A DNA stretch of 38,296 nucleotides from positions 23,233,906 through 23,272,201 of the forward strand of contig NC_069002.1 of NCBI RefSeq assembly GCF_001194135.2, read 5' to 3'. This DNA is from Octopus bimaculoides (lineage: Eukaryota). This document shows, piece after piece, positions 11,921-23,674 of the stretch. The notes under the pieces are model-generated. The model did no database searches, was not told the DNA's origin, and saw nothing but the letters and a program-made list of their open reading frames with translations. Within the stretch, counting starts at the first letter, position 1. Every line of letters begins with the position of its first letter. A program made the position numbers and the translations under genes.

Positions 11921-12176
11921 CTACAGAGTTTAATGAGGGGACACATTTAGTTGCATGAATGAGTGAAAAAAAGTAAAAGAAATATTTTATAAATGTGTGT
12001 GTGTGTGTGTGTGTGTCTGTGTATTTTATAAAGAATTTTACCTTGCAGAGCTGTGGTACTAAGTTCAATTTTACCCAGCAACCCTTTGAATAAGTCTCTT
12101 TTAACAGAGACAGGGTTTGACCAGTATCTTAGGAGTTAATTTCCATTGAAGGAAACTGTTTGGAGGTCTGTTTATT

Positions 12177-12179
<3 letters not shown>

Positions 12180-12266
<87 letters not shown>
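12180..12266. repeat. (CA)n microsatellite
   Basis: Direct reading. Confidence 0.98.
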
Positions 12267-12275
<9 letters not shown>

Positions 12276-13216
12276 GGGTTTCAGCACATTTACTGTGAAC
12301 CAAATTTCAACGAAAAAGTAATAATGTACCTGAAGCTATGAAAAAAACAGTTGCTCCTCAAGGTGTTGAGCAGTGGAATTGAACCCAAAAGCCTATATTC
12401 GTTTTCCTAATTAGAGTGATATCTTTATTGTGTTGTGTATTGTGCATTAAGTTAGTACCTTCCCATACCATGGTATTTAATCAACTCTCTCAAGATCCTG
12501 ACTTGCCAGGAAGTGACCCAAGCACTGTGCCTCTGTGGCACATGTGAACTGTGACTTGCAAGATCAAGCATTGAAACTGCAATGGGCTGCTATCAGTCGA
12601 GGTATTGCTTGAGCTGTGCCTTGATTGCCAGTCCATCTGGCATTGCTCTCTTCCACCATTCCAGCCATTGAGATCAAAGGTCTTCATCTGCTTGTTCTGG
12701 TGGCAGGGTTTTTTTTTTTAAGGTATGCCCCTCTAGATCTACCCAAATCAGTGGGAACATGTTCTCCTCAAGAAAGTTTAATCTGGGACAGTTTCCATCC
12801 TGAGTCAGAGGCCCAGATCTTTCCCTGAACATGATTGATTGCCAAGGTATATGAGAACCAGTATCTGATGAGAGACTATATATTGGGTGTCCTTCAGAGA
12901 AAAGTACCACTTTTGCACAGCTTAGTACCTCTACACAACTTTTGATCTTCTATATATACGTGTCTGTGTATATCTTGTCAGCATGCAGTTTAACTTAACT
13001 GATAGAGTATTCAGCTAGTATCCGAGGGGTGCAGGTTTGAATCCCATGGCTGTTTGTTTACAACTTTTTCTGTCATATAAGGATAACATACCCAGTCTTT
13101 CTGCTGTTTTCACAGCTATACTGCATTCGAAATATTACCTTCTTGCCTGTACGATATGATACACAATCGATGCTTCTAAAAGCAAAATAAAGTTTGTTTA
13201 CATCTGTGGTTGTTGC

Positions 13217-13249
13217 ATATATATATATATATATATATGTTTGTACATG

Positions 13250-13336
<87 letters not shown>

Positions 13337-13440
13337 GCATATATGTACATCTATGTACATATACATTTATGTACATGTATATACATATGTATATATGTAT
13401 ATACATGTATATATGTATGTACATATGTATACACACATAT
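13217..13440. repeat. (TA)n and degenerate TA/TG microsatellite
   Basis: Direct reading. Confidence 0.97.
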
Positions 13441-13700
13441 GTTGAATGAATTGTTTCAATAGGAAGGGATGAAAGCAAGAAACAAGTGATATAACTCCTG
13501 GCAATAAAGAGAAAATTTGCTCAGTAACAGCCCGAACAACAGTAAGATGTGCCCAGGGATGGGGAGTATGCAATGTGTTAATAAAATATCAGTAATTGTA
13601 CGAAATATCTGTGAAGATCGAGCTGTGGACATATTTACCAATTTATTAAAGAGCGATTGAAGTGTTGTTCACATGTTTAAGATATGTCGACAAATATTAA
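13440..13700 (-). pseudogene. Dynein pseudo-exon just before the linker, frameshifted
   Basis: Three successive frames give SQIFRTITDI / [25 protein letters not shown] / [10 protein letters not shown], resembling recalled EAFKTMHK..PACQEVALDIRARIEEFKPYIPLIQGLRNPGMRIRH. Confidence 0.55.
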
Positions 13701-13787
13701 TGTTTGTACATTTTCCTCAAACATACATCTCACTGATACATCATAAAATAAACTTGATTCATTTTGAGATGTGATTTAGCAATCTGG

Positions 13788-14030
13788 TTGCAGCTGTGGC
13801 TGAGTGGTTATGATATAAGCTTCTTAACTCTACATTCATGTCTTTGATGAGGAGAAATTTGGGGTATTGTCCCATTGTGGGGTACTTTTGAATGACTTAT
13901 TTTTTACGAAGGGCCTTTGGCTGACTAATACCTTGTGGGTGGGATTTGGTTGACAGAATTGACAGAAGCTGTATGGAAGCACCATCCCCCAGCATGTGTA
14001 TATGTGTGATTGTGTGTGTTTACATATACA
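13788..14030 (+). mobile_element. SINE family 2, decayed 5' half
   Basis: gtggctgagtggtt head and ggatttggttgacagaattgacagaagc. Confidence 0.55.
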
Positions 14031-14056
14031 AATAAATAGGTATCTGTGTGTGCACG

Positions 14057-14097
<41 letters not shown>

Positions 14098-14103
14098 ATT
14101 GTA

Positions 14104-14490
14104 TTTCACTTGTTTCAGTCGTTAGACTGTGGCCATGCTGGAGCACTGCCTTGAAAAGTTTATTCGAACAAATTGGTCCCAGTACTTATTCTTTGTTCTC
14201 TAAGCCTCGTACTCATTTTATTGGTCTCTTTTTGCTGAACTGCTAAGTTATGGGAACATAAACACACTAACATCGGTTGTCAAGCAGTGCTCAAGGACAA
14301 ACACAAGACACACACACATATAATGGGCTTCTTTCAATTTCTGTCTACCAAATACACTCACAAGGCTTTGGTTGGTCTGAAGCTATAACAGAAGATACTT
14401 GCCCAAGGTGCCATACAGTGGGACTGAACCTGGAACCTTGTGATTGCGAAGCAAGCTGCTTAACTGTTTGGCTGATTTGTATGAGTGCAG
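14104..14490 (-). mobile_element. SINE family 2 copy
   Basis: Collinear similarity to 23283-23674. Confidence 0.8.
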
Positions 14491-14590
14491 GTATTGTAGC
14501 GTAGTTAAGAAATCCACTTGTCTGCTGTAGTTTTGGGTCAAACAAGGCCTTTTGAGGAAATCTGTTAGAAGGAAACTGAAAGAAACCTGT

Positions 14591-14629
<39 letters not shown>

Positions 14630-14633
<4 letters not shown>

Positions 14634-14797
14634 TCATCATCATCATCATCATCATCATCGTTTAACGTCCGCTTTCCATGCNNNNNNNNNNATCATCATC
14701 ATCATCATCATCATCATCGTTTAACGTCCGCTTTCCATGCTAGCATGGGTTGGACGATTTGACTGAGGACTGGTGCAACCGGATGGCTACACCAGGC
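14630..14797 (-). mobile_element. SINE family 1 copy, 5'-truncated, split by a 10-N gap
   Basis: (CAT)n-gtttaacgtccgctttccatgctagc, near-identical to 30447. Confidence 0.85.
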
Positions 14798-14890
14798 TAG
14801 AGTAAAAATTAATTAATTAATCAATCAATCAATTAATAATTAATAATTTTACCAAGTAGTCAATACGTTAAAAAACCTTTTTAGGTGAAT

Positions 14891-15058
14891 TATACAAAAT
14901 ATTCTATAATTATATACATAAAATAAGTTTGTTATTGTCTCGGAGATTTTTATGGTAGTTGAAAAGACATTAACACCTATATCTAATTCAGTACGTGATG
15001 AGGCACTTAGCTGACCCTGATTATAATTATGTACATAATTATAGAATATTTTGTATAT
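14891..15058. repeat. Inverted repeat pair, 31-bp arms
   Basis: tatacaaaatattctataattatatacataa and ttatgtacataattatagaatattttgtata, one mismatch. Confidence 0.85.
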
Positions 15059-15484
15059 ATATTTATTTGGAATTTACAGAAAAGCAAAAAACAAAGACAG
15101 GTTATAAACAACAAACAGATGTATTATTCTAACGCTCAGGAAAGTGAGAAAGTCTTTTACTTTTCGAGCCTACGTTCTTCAACAGAAAGGATCATGAGGA
15201 AATAAACAGAGAGAGAGAATAAAAAAAGCTTTAGGGGCTAGCGGTAAATCATGGCAGCTGGCTGGACAGAGGTAGTTAGACAGGAGAGCTATTTATCCAA
15301 TATATATTCGCTGTCATACCTACCTCACTTTCTACCCTTCCCTTATCGGCAGAGAATCACCAAGCCCTTTCTCTTCTATTGTTCCTCATTTATAAGGGCA
15401 AGACTTTTAGTTATGCAAGTTACAGGACTCTTTTCACAAATGTTGGTACCATGAAAAAAATGCAACTAGTACAGTACATTCTGT

Positions 15485-15835
15485 AAAGTGGTTGGCATTA
15501 TGAAGGGTATCCAGCTGAGGAAACATGCATAAGAAGAGCACCATGCAGACATCTTTCTCATGAGATCCTGTGAAATTGTCTAACCCATGTTAGCTTGAAA
15601 CACGTATGTTAAGTGATGATAATGATGATGATGGGTGCATGTGAATATATATATAATCTGCATTGTGTTATGAATGGTGAGTATGCTTTTGAATTCTTCC
15701 AGGATATAATAACAAAGTGTCTTGGAAAGTAGGTAAAGGTTGGTGACAGAAAGAGCATCCAGCTGTAAAAATCCTGCCTCAGATACCTTCTCATCTAACT
15801 CGTGCTGGCATGCAAAAATGGATGTTAAACAAATG
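15485..15835 (+). mobile_element. Two decayed SINE family 1 fragments
   Basis: gttggcattatgaagggtatccagctg..gatgatgatg and gagcatccagctgtaaaaa..ggatgttaaac. Confidence 0.6.
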
Positions 15836-16174
15836 AATAAACTGAAATGAATGTGTGTGTATGTATATGTGTGTGTGTGTATGTGTGTGATAGCAAGTCT
15901 TCAATTTGATATTGTTTGAGCAGTGGTGATGTTTATTCATGTCTCCTGTAAACAATCTGTTTCGTATCTTGACAGTTCCAATGTGTTAAAACCTGCAAAA
16001 TATAAAGTACCTTACTTGTTAAACAGTTAAGGGGTGGTGACAGGCAAAACATCTGACCATAGAGTACTACTTCAAATATGTCTTGTCCAACCCATGCCAG
16101 CATAGACAATGCAGACGTAAGACATTACTGACAACGCCCTCTCCATCACTGAGACTGACATGACGGTAATGGTG

Positions 16175-16175
16175 A

Positions 16176-16233
<58 letters not shown>

Positions 16234-16310
16234 NNNNNNNNNNGGTGGTGGTGGTGGTGGTGGTGGTGGTGGTGGTGGTGGTGGTGGTGGTGATGACGAT
16301 GACGATGATG
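16175..16310. repeat. (GTT)n-(GGT)n-(GAT/GAC)n compound trinucleotide repeat with 10-N gap
   Basis: Direct reading. Confidence 0.97.
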
Positions 16311-16316
16311 ACTCAC

Positions 16317-16422
16317 TAGCACAAGCCCTACCAACTATCATCTACTTCTTGATTTTCCTCATTTTAGTGTCTGTTTCTTCCAATTTGTCATGATTTGGAA
16401 TGGTTTCTATTACAGAATCTGA
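16317..16422 (-). pseudogene. Candidate dynein pseudo-exon
   Basis: tag acceptor and canonical gtgagt donor. SDSVIETIPNHDKLEETDTKMRKIKK*MIVG; weak similarity, correct collinear slot. Confidence 0.4.
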
Positions 16423-16797
16423 CTATTTGTAACTAAACCTGTGTTGACTTTTTTGTGGCAAAAACCTTATCCCAACAAAACACTTTATTAGTTCTTTGCC
16501 ATGTTTTTCCCAGTAACATGTTTTCCATCTAACAATCCTTTTCCGGCCATTTCTGTTACACGTTCCTACCGTCACAGTAATTTCCCCTGCACATGTTCGT
16601 TGATGTCGTTAACACTCTGCCATTTTCACAGATCAACTTCCAAGCAAGTTAATGCTGCATATCAATAAACCTTTCAATCATGTATTTCCCATCACGCCTT
16701 TAATTTTTTATCATTTGATGCCTGGCTCTCAATAGTTTGTGGCATTACACTTCTTACCTAATTTTCATGCAAACTTCTGTTTGGAATTAACTATGAT

Positions 16798-16872
<75 letters not shown>

Positions 16873-17256
16873 GGATTAGATTACCTATGTTCAGTCCACT
16901 GCAGGGTAAAGGTATCAGCATGGTCTGATGTGGAAGCTGTGAATTTGAGCTTGAAATCATACTGGTTTGATGAGCTTATTCTGCCACACTAGCATGCAAT
17001 TATAAAAATCAAGACCATCTAATTGAACAAAGATACACATAGCAACTATCTATCCTGTTTGAAGCCATTCCTTATAAATATAGAAAACTATATTAAAACT
17101 GGATTTGTTTGCATTCATTTTAATATCTGGATTCACAGTTGCATCACCATGCATTACATCAAAATGACTTATATAATTGTAGAATTCACCTCACAAAGCC
17201 AACAATTGTTTCTGTTGTATTACCATATTTGGAAATAGAAAATATCATTGAAATTA

Positions 17257-17454
17257 ATACTTTTCAAGGCAGTCCAAAATTATTTGTTGTCTAATCCTTT
17301 GAATTTCTTGATAATCTTCTAAATGATATTTGGATCTTCTTGTCATACATGAAGGATTACCCTGGATGTGTTTTCTCCTTGCATTTATTGGTGTCTGATT
17401 GTTTAATGTAATTAACCAAATTCATTTAAAACTGAGTACTTTATTGATATCTAC
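17257..17454 (-). pseudogene. Dynein pseudo-exon, tail
   Basis: ccag acceptor. VDINKVLSFK*IW..ARRKHIQG..LEDYQEIQRIRQQII; K*I matches recalled DKWI (TGA at 17422-17424) and YQE matches FQE. Confidence 0.55.
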
Positions 17455-18097
17455 CTGGATATTTTAATCCCATTTTCTCTTCTTGTATATATATATATAT
17501 ATATATGAAATAAGTATTTTAAAAAAGGAAGCTTATTTAAGAAAACTCTACAAAATAATTCACTTGGTGTGAAACTCTGACCTGTTTCAATTACTTTTGA
17601 TGAAACTCTTTCAACAGAAGAGCATAAAAATGTTCTCACTTTTCCATTTTTTTTTTTTTTCAGGTATGTCATTCTTTGATTTGGAGCATTGCAAAGTTTG
17701 TTAGCTTCTGGGAATTACGTAAGTAAGTGTTTACATTTTTAAGTGCCACAAGGGTACATTCAACAGATAAAGTTGAAATAGGTAAAGTTAAAATCAAATT
17801 TATTAGTTTATGTTCTTGTGCAAAACTTGCACATGTTTCATTTTTTAAAGATATTTTATGAGCTTTTCAATATTAGTTTTAGCAGAAAATCATTTGTAAG
17901 AAAAAAAGTAAGAACACAAAATGAAGAAGAAACAAACCAAAAAATTCAACAAAAAAGCAAATACTAGTTAATTCAGATCCATGATAAGCAAAATAAAAAA
18001 AAATGTTCTTTTATAGAGAATGAAATGCCATCTCTGAAAAAGCACTTTCAGAGAACATGATTTTGCTGTCTAAAAGCTTGATAATTTCCAAATTTAC

Positions 18098-18525
18098 CAT
18101 AAACTTAAATCTAAACAATATCATGAAATATTTTAGAGAAATGTTTTCAATAATGCTCTTCTGGTGAACCATACATTCCTTTTCTAGAAGGAATGTCAAA
18201 TTTCTATTCATCAAACTCCAAATTTCATCATGGGGAGCTTAACATCCATCTTTTCTTGAACTTTGGTAAAAGTTCTTTCCACAATTCTACAGAGACGAAC
18301 GATATCCATAAGCATCTGTTTGTGTTTGCTTAAAAAGTTGTTCTGTAATTAGAAAAATACAAGAATTATATTTGAATATTTTGAGGTGTGCTGAAAATTC
18401 TTTTGCATCATTTCTTTAATCATTTTATCATCAAAACTCTTCAGATTTTCCAGAATATCATCAAAAAGATTCTTCATAATCTGTTTTTATATTTGATTTG
18501 TGAGATTCTTGATGTTGCTCATATA
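18098..18525 (-). pseudogene. Large dynein pseudo-exon, tail
   Basis: One frame with two stops: ..DILENLKSFDDKMIKEMMQKNFQHTSKYSNIILVFF*LQNNFLSKHKQML..RTFTKVQEK, then a frameshift to APHDEIWSL..LKYFMILFRFKFM|gtaaat. Resembles recalled DIASFLKTY..SSIIIGPF..SLSKKRKAL..EEFRSISRKIYEKPNSIEEL..YQVMDEF. Confidence 0.7.
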
Positions 18526-18631
18526 CTAAAGCAGAAGCAGACTTGGGTTGTATTTAGGGTGGGTCATTTTGCCAATGATACATGCATTTTCTGGTTTTGT
18601 TTCACTCCTTTTATTATTATTTGTCAATTGA

Positions 18632-18835
18632 TGAGCTAGCAGAATTGTTAGTAGACCTGACAAGATGCTAAGCTGCATTTTAAAATTCTGAATTAAAATT
18701 CTATCAAAGTCACCTTTGCTTTCATCCTTTTGAGGTTGATGACACAAATACCATCTGAATGCTAGGGTTGATATTGTCAAATAGTCCCCTCCCCAAACTC
18801 TCAGGCCTTCTACGTATAGTAGAGGAGATTATTAT
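18632..18835 (+). mobile_element. SINE family 3 copy, decayed
   Basis: agctagcagaattgttag..ctttgctttcatccttttgaggttgat..agtcccctcccc. Confidence 0.65.
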
Positions 18836-18848
18836 TTGTCAATTGCTC

Positions 18849-19085
18849 AACCAATTATTTAAACAATTGTTTTCTTACATTGCCCAGACATTCAATTAAT
18901 CATCTAGGTCTGTCATTGCCATTCACAACCTCATCAGTGACCTAGCCTCTCTACATCAGGTCTATCCGAGAGCATGTCATTAACGAACTTGCAAATGGCA
19001 ATGAAAGGACTTTGACAAACCCAGACGATTGATTGAATGACAGGGCAATTTAGCAAAAAGTATCAATTGGTTAAATGGTTAACCA
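18849..19085. repeat. Decayed fold-back element
   Basis: attgcccagacattcaattaatcatctaggtctgtca pairs with tgacaaacccagacgattgattgaatgacagggcaat. Confidence 0.8.
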
Positions 19086-19364
19086 ATTGGCTAATTATGA
19101 TAAAAGAAGTGGAACAGAACCTCTGTGTGTGTGTGCCTATTATTGGCATAATGACCCTCCCAGAATGCAATAAATTCTCTATGTCTTTGTTCTCATTACC
19201 AATTCCAATCAATTAAAATGAACAGTTTCATCATATTAAAACAGCGACCAAGAAGTGTTTTCTCACAATATCAGTAACACATTTGACTGTGAAAGGCAGC
19301 TATTCTCACTCAAAATGTCATTGCCCTTAACTGCAGAATGAAGTTTTGTGAACCAATCTATCTT

Positions 19365-19540
19365 TTATTGAGGAATAACATGTTTGAATCTTTCTCTTTT
19401 GTGATTTGTCAAATTTATTGAGGCAATGTGACTCATAGAAAATACCAATTCTATTTTTTGGTAGATATTTAACATCATTACTGGAATAACCATAAAATTT
19501 AATTTTGCAATGAAAGGGTGAAGCAGTTCACTTTCTGGAA
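19365..19540 (-). pseudogene. Candidate dynein pseudo-exon, tail
   Basis: Acceptor ttatcttgcag, phase-compatible with the 20285 donor. PESELLHPFIAKLNFM weakly resembles recalled PLFIMDLVL. Confidence 0.45.
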
Positions 19541-19874
19541 CTGCAAGATAATGGTAAAATATAAATGTATTCTTTAGAAAAAAATGTATTGCATTCAAGA
19601 ACTGGAGAGAAGACTTCACTTAAAACAAGATTAGGCTTTATTTGTGTAACACAATACAGAAAAAAATGGCTTCTTCTGGCAGTTTCTCTCTCTCCTCTCT
19701 GTCTCTCCTCTCCCCTCTCTCCTCTCTCCCCCTCTTTCACTCTCATTTTTGCCTGGTTACCATTAAGTTTGCTTGCCATAGCAGCAGTATCATTGTGCTT
19801 TTAAACAACTGCTACGTTCAAACCTTTTTAATCCAACTCTCCTGGGACAGTTCTATGATAAAGAGTTCCTGTTT

Positions 19875-20250
19875 TAAAGTGATCTAAATTATAAAAAAGG
19901 CCTTCCATCAAAGATTCATGTTAATTTATGTTCCAAACACCTGCTTATTAACGACAAAATTATTTTACTAAATCCTTCATTATTTTCAAAATTAATTGAA
20001 GTGTATTTCTGCAGAAATAAGGGGAAAAAAATGAGTTAAAACTATCTAAATTAAAACCTCCCATCAAAATTGCATGTTAATTTATGTTACAAACACAAGC
20101 TTAAAAGTGACAAAGTTACTTCACTAAATTCTTTATTTTTTTTTTTTTCAAATTTAATTGCAATATAGGCATTGTATTTCTAAAGAAATATGTTTGAAAA
20201 AGGGTTAAAGTGATCTAAATTAAAACTTCCCATCAAAATTTCATTCTAAT
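19875..20250. repeat. Degenerate tandem repeat, period about 162-169 bp, about 2.3 copies
   Basis: taaagtgatctaaatt..ccatcaaa..catgttaattt recurs at 19875, 20037 and 20206. Confidence 0.8.
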
Positions 20251-20284
20251 TTTAATTTCAAAAACATGCTACCAAAAGAGTCAC

Positions 20285-20379
20285 CTAGATTCTTCATGAC
20301 TAAATCTGAAATAGTTTGGTTACTTCTCTCTTCACTAACATCAGTATTTTCAAAATGTCTTTTATAAATTTGTCCATTT
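20285..20379 (-). pseudogene. Dynein pseudo-exon with internal frameshift
   Basis: AG acceptor at 20380-20381 and donor CTAG|gtgact. Frame 1 gives IKDILKILMLVKRE and frame 2 gives SNQTISDLVMKNL; together they resemble recalled KLRKLMELVKYMLQDTLRFLVQDSL. Confidence 0.65.
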
Positions 20380-20874
20380 CTATCAGTGTAAAACATAGCA
20401 CACAACAGATGAAAGATGAGACAAATGTCATACACCAGAAGTTTCATTTATTATATGACATGCATCATATTCTGTAGATTCCTTTTGAATTTGGCCTCAA
20501 AGAACAGTATTAACTGACAAAACTACAGAAGTCTGAATAATTAGTAACAACCTTCTAATGCTTTGAACCTCTGTGGGTACGTTTTCATCTTACTATACTC
20601 TTGGAAGACAGAAGCAGGCAACCACATGTCTTTATGTTTTAGATTGAATATAATGATGTTTCTGCCAATTATTAAGCCCTAAACACAAAACCATGTGACC
20701 ACTTACTTTTGTGTCTTCCAAAAGTAGTCAAAAGCCTATCTGCTAAAATGTATTCGAAGGGTTTGAAAGGTTAAAAACAATAAAAATTTACAAATATCTT
20801 TATAATTTTTCATCAAGTCTGTAATGCAGAAGGCTACCACATTACAGTCATTCCTATTTTCAGAAACTTCACTT

Positions 20875-21101
20875 CTAATCTTGATTACAAGGAGATAATT
20901 CTTCCATTTCCAAAAATGATATTCTCATTAGTCTTTTTAAGATTTCTTTGTTTCTTTGAAACTTCTTCCTTGTGTCTGTTAATACCGAGTAATTCCTAGT
21001 TATCTTTACGTAGATTCTTTCTGGTTTTCCAAATTGCATCAAATAAACAAATGCATATAAACAGATGTCCCTCTGAATTGGAAGTAAGTTCTGATTGGCA
21101 T
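20875..21101 (-). pseudogene. Dynein pseudo-exon, tail
   Basis: Part of track ORF 20875-21153. YAFVYLMQFGKPERIY and LKRLMRISFLEM resemble recalled FVSLLTRPEVI and LKVAMRSSLRDM; the spacer is shorter than recalled, implying an internal deletion. Confidence 0.65.
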
Positions 21102-21195
21102 CTATTAGAAGTTTTGATAGTAGGGAAAAAAATATGCTTTTAATATTTCTCAAGTGAATTGTACTTTTTTTAAAATAAAAATGTTAGGTATGCAT

Positions 21196-21275
<80 letters not shown>

Positions 21276-21348
21276 ATATATATATATGTATATACACATG
21301 TATACACACACACATATGCATATATATCATCATCATCATCATCATGTA

Positions 21349-21388
<40 letters not shown>

Positions 21389-21408
21389 CATATGTGTGTT
21401 GTGTGTGT

Positions 21409-21444
<36 letters not shown>

Positions 21445-21454
21445 NNNNNNNNNN

Positions 21455-21528
<74 letters not shown>

Positions 21529-21533
21529 TATAT
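21196..21533. repeat. Compound (TA)n/(TG)n/(CAT)n microsatellite block
   Basis: Direct reading. Confidence 0.97.
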
Positions 21534-21654
21534 GAATAGTTTGAAGTGGTATACAAATTTTATATATTAAGGAAATAATCAGGATTTTGAAAAAATATTT
21601 ATTAACGCTTGTATCTTGTTCATTTCTGAGACTCATCAGATATGATTTTATACA

Positions 21655-21852
21655 TCATCATCATCATTATTATTATTATCATCATCATCATCATTTAATG
21701 CCAGCTTTCCATGCTGGCATAGGTTGGATGTTTTGACAGAAGACTGGCAAGCCAGGAGGCTGCACCAGGCTCCGATATGATTTGGCAAGGTTTCTACAGC
21801 TGGTTTCTATTCCTAACGCCAACCACTCTGAGAATGTAATGGGTGCTTTTCG
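21655..21852 (-). mobile_element. SINE family 1 copy
   Basis: (CAT)n..ttccatgctggcat..cctaacgccaaccactctgagaatgt. Confidence 0.8.
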
Positions 21853-22202
21853 TATGTCTTATGTAAATCTGGAGGAGAATGTTCTTTTGTTATCTATGTA
21901 TCTGTGTATATATATATGTGTACGTATATCTGTGTGTATATATATGTGTACGTATATGTGTGTGTATATATATGTGTACGTATATGTGTGTGTATGTGCT
22001 TGCATGCATGTGTGTGCAAGCATACACTTGTCACATTATCAAATAAAGACACCATGAAGTATGACATGAAGTATGACATGAACCAAAGACTGGACTCAGT
22101 AATGGATTCCACACTTCTCTCCAGTATCTAGTGTAGTACAACACAGGGCATCAACCTCAGGATAAGCTAATGTGCAGAATCCAAGCCAAGTGATAGAAAT
22201 AA

Positions 22203-22350
22203 TAATCCTTTCTACTCCAGGCACACAGCCTGAAATTTGGTGGGAGGGGGCCAGTCAGTTAGATTGACTCCAGTATGCAACTGGTACTTAATTTATTGAC
22301 CCTGAAAGGAGGAAAGGCAAAGCCGACCTTGGTGGAATTTGAACTCAGAA
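22203..22350 (-). mobile_element. SINE family 3 copy, 5'-truncated
   Basis: Reverse complement reads ctgagttcaaattccaccaaggtcggctttgcctttcctcctttcagggtcaataaattaagtacc. Confidence 0.75.
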
Positions 22351-22371
22351 CATAAAGACAGACAAAATACC

Positions 22372-22409
22372 ATATGGTTTTGGTAGACAGAAACTGGAAA
22401 AAGCCTGTC

Positions 22410-22480
<71 letters not shown>

Positions 22481-22740
22481 TGTATGTATGTATGTATGTA
22501 TGTATGTATGTATGTATTTGTGTGTGTGTGTATCTGTGTTTGCCCTCCCACCATCACTTGAGAACTGATGTTGGTGTGTTTATGTCCCTGTAACTTAGCA
22601 GTTCGGCTAAAGAGACTGATAGAATAAGTACTAGGCTTAGAAAGAATAAATTCTGAGGTCGATTTGTTTGACTAAAGGTGGTGCTCCAGCTTGGCTGCAG
22701 TCAAAATGACTGAAACAAGTAAAAGAATAAAAGAATAAAT
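22372..22740 (+). mobile_element. SINE family 2 copy, 5'-truncated, expanded internal microsatellite
   Basis: ttggtagacagaaactg..(TA)n(TATG)n..gctccagc..gactgaaacaagtaaaagaataaaagaat. Confidence 0.8.
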
Positions 22741-22904
22741 TGTAAAACAGTTGCAGAAAAATTATATAATCTTTCAAATTACCTTATCAGTGTTCTGCTG
22801 GACACTGATGTTGTTTCTACAACTATTATGTAATTATTATGTTAATCTGCTGAAACCCATGTATGTTTTGTGCATCATGTGTGTGTGTGCCACATAAAAA
22901 GCAC

Positions 22905-23088
22905 TCATGGTGGTGCTTAGCACCATGCAGTACACTCTGTGGAGTTGTTGGCATTAGGAAGGGCATCCAGCAGTTGAAACCATGCCAGTTCAGACAGTGA
23001 AGCTTGGGGCAGATCCTGGCCTTACCAGCACCAGTCATATCGTCCAAGCCATGCTAGCATGAGAGATGGACAATAAATTCTGATGATG
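22905..23088 (+). mobile_element. SINE family 1 copy
   Basis: gttggcattaggaagggcatccagc..cgtccaagccatgctagcat..tgatgatg. Confidence 0.8.
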
Positions 23089-23112
23089 TGCTTTCATGCA
23101 TATGTGTGTGCA

Positions 23113-23146
<34 letters not shown>

Positions 23147-23282
23147 GTCAATTTAAACATGAAAAAGCAAGAAAAAACACAAAAAAAACAGCGTGAGGAC
23201 AGTGTTATTGGATGCTCAAGAAAGGAAAGGAAAGAAAAGACGCGCGTGCACACACACACACTCATATTATTTGTGCTTCCAC

Positions 23283-23674
23283 ATTACTCTCTTTTACTCT
23301 TTTACTTGTTTCAGTCATTTGACTGTGGCCATGTTGGAGCACCACCTTTAGACTTATTCTTTGTAAGCCTGGTACTTTATTCTATCGGTTACTTTTGCCG
23401 AACCGCTAAGTTACGGGGGCATAAACGCATCAGCATTGGTTGTGAAGTGATGTTGGGGAGACAAACACAGCCACACAAACATACACACATGCACATACAT
23501 ATATATATATACATATATACGATGGGCTTCTTCCAGTTTCCATCTACCAAATCCACTCACAAGGCTTTGGTCGGCCCGAGGCTATAGTAGAAGACACTTG
23601 CCCAAGGTGTCATGCAGTGGGACCGAACCCGGAACCATGTGGTTGGTAAGCAAGCTACTTACCACACAGCCACT
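23283..23674 (-). mobile_element. SINE family 2, full length, tRNA-derived head with CORE-like segment
   Basis: Minus strand has A-box-like TGGCTGTGTGG and B-box-like GGTTCGGTCC, then accttgggcaagtg (like the start of the MIR CORE), an internal microsatellite and a gactgaaacaagtaaaag end. Confidence 0.85.

Noticed and set aside
12440-12900. GC-richer non-repeat island
   Set aside because: No recognisable motif in any frame and no room for it in the dynein alignment; possibly an old transposon fragment, left unassigned
14630-14740. Direct duplication across a 10-N gap
   Set aside because: Identical sequence on both sides of a placeholder gap; most likely a contig-overlap artefact
16072-16393. 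Poly-Pro, poly-His, poly-Asn and poly-Gly ORFs
   Set aside because: Trinucleotide microsatellite translations
17422-17424. In-frame TGA as selenocysteine
   Set aside because: No SECIS recognised; neighbouring segments have TAA/TAG stops and frameshifts, so decay explains it
21610-21640. Minus-strand CTGATGAGTC string as a hammerhead
   Set aside because: The GAC-GAAA half needs three changes and no stem I or III is visible
23600-23674. tRNA-like A and B boxes (also at 29963, 27341 and 31610)
   Set aside because: SINE heads; no cloverleaf, and they continue into SINE body
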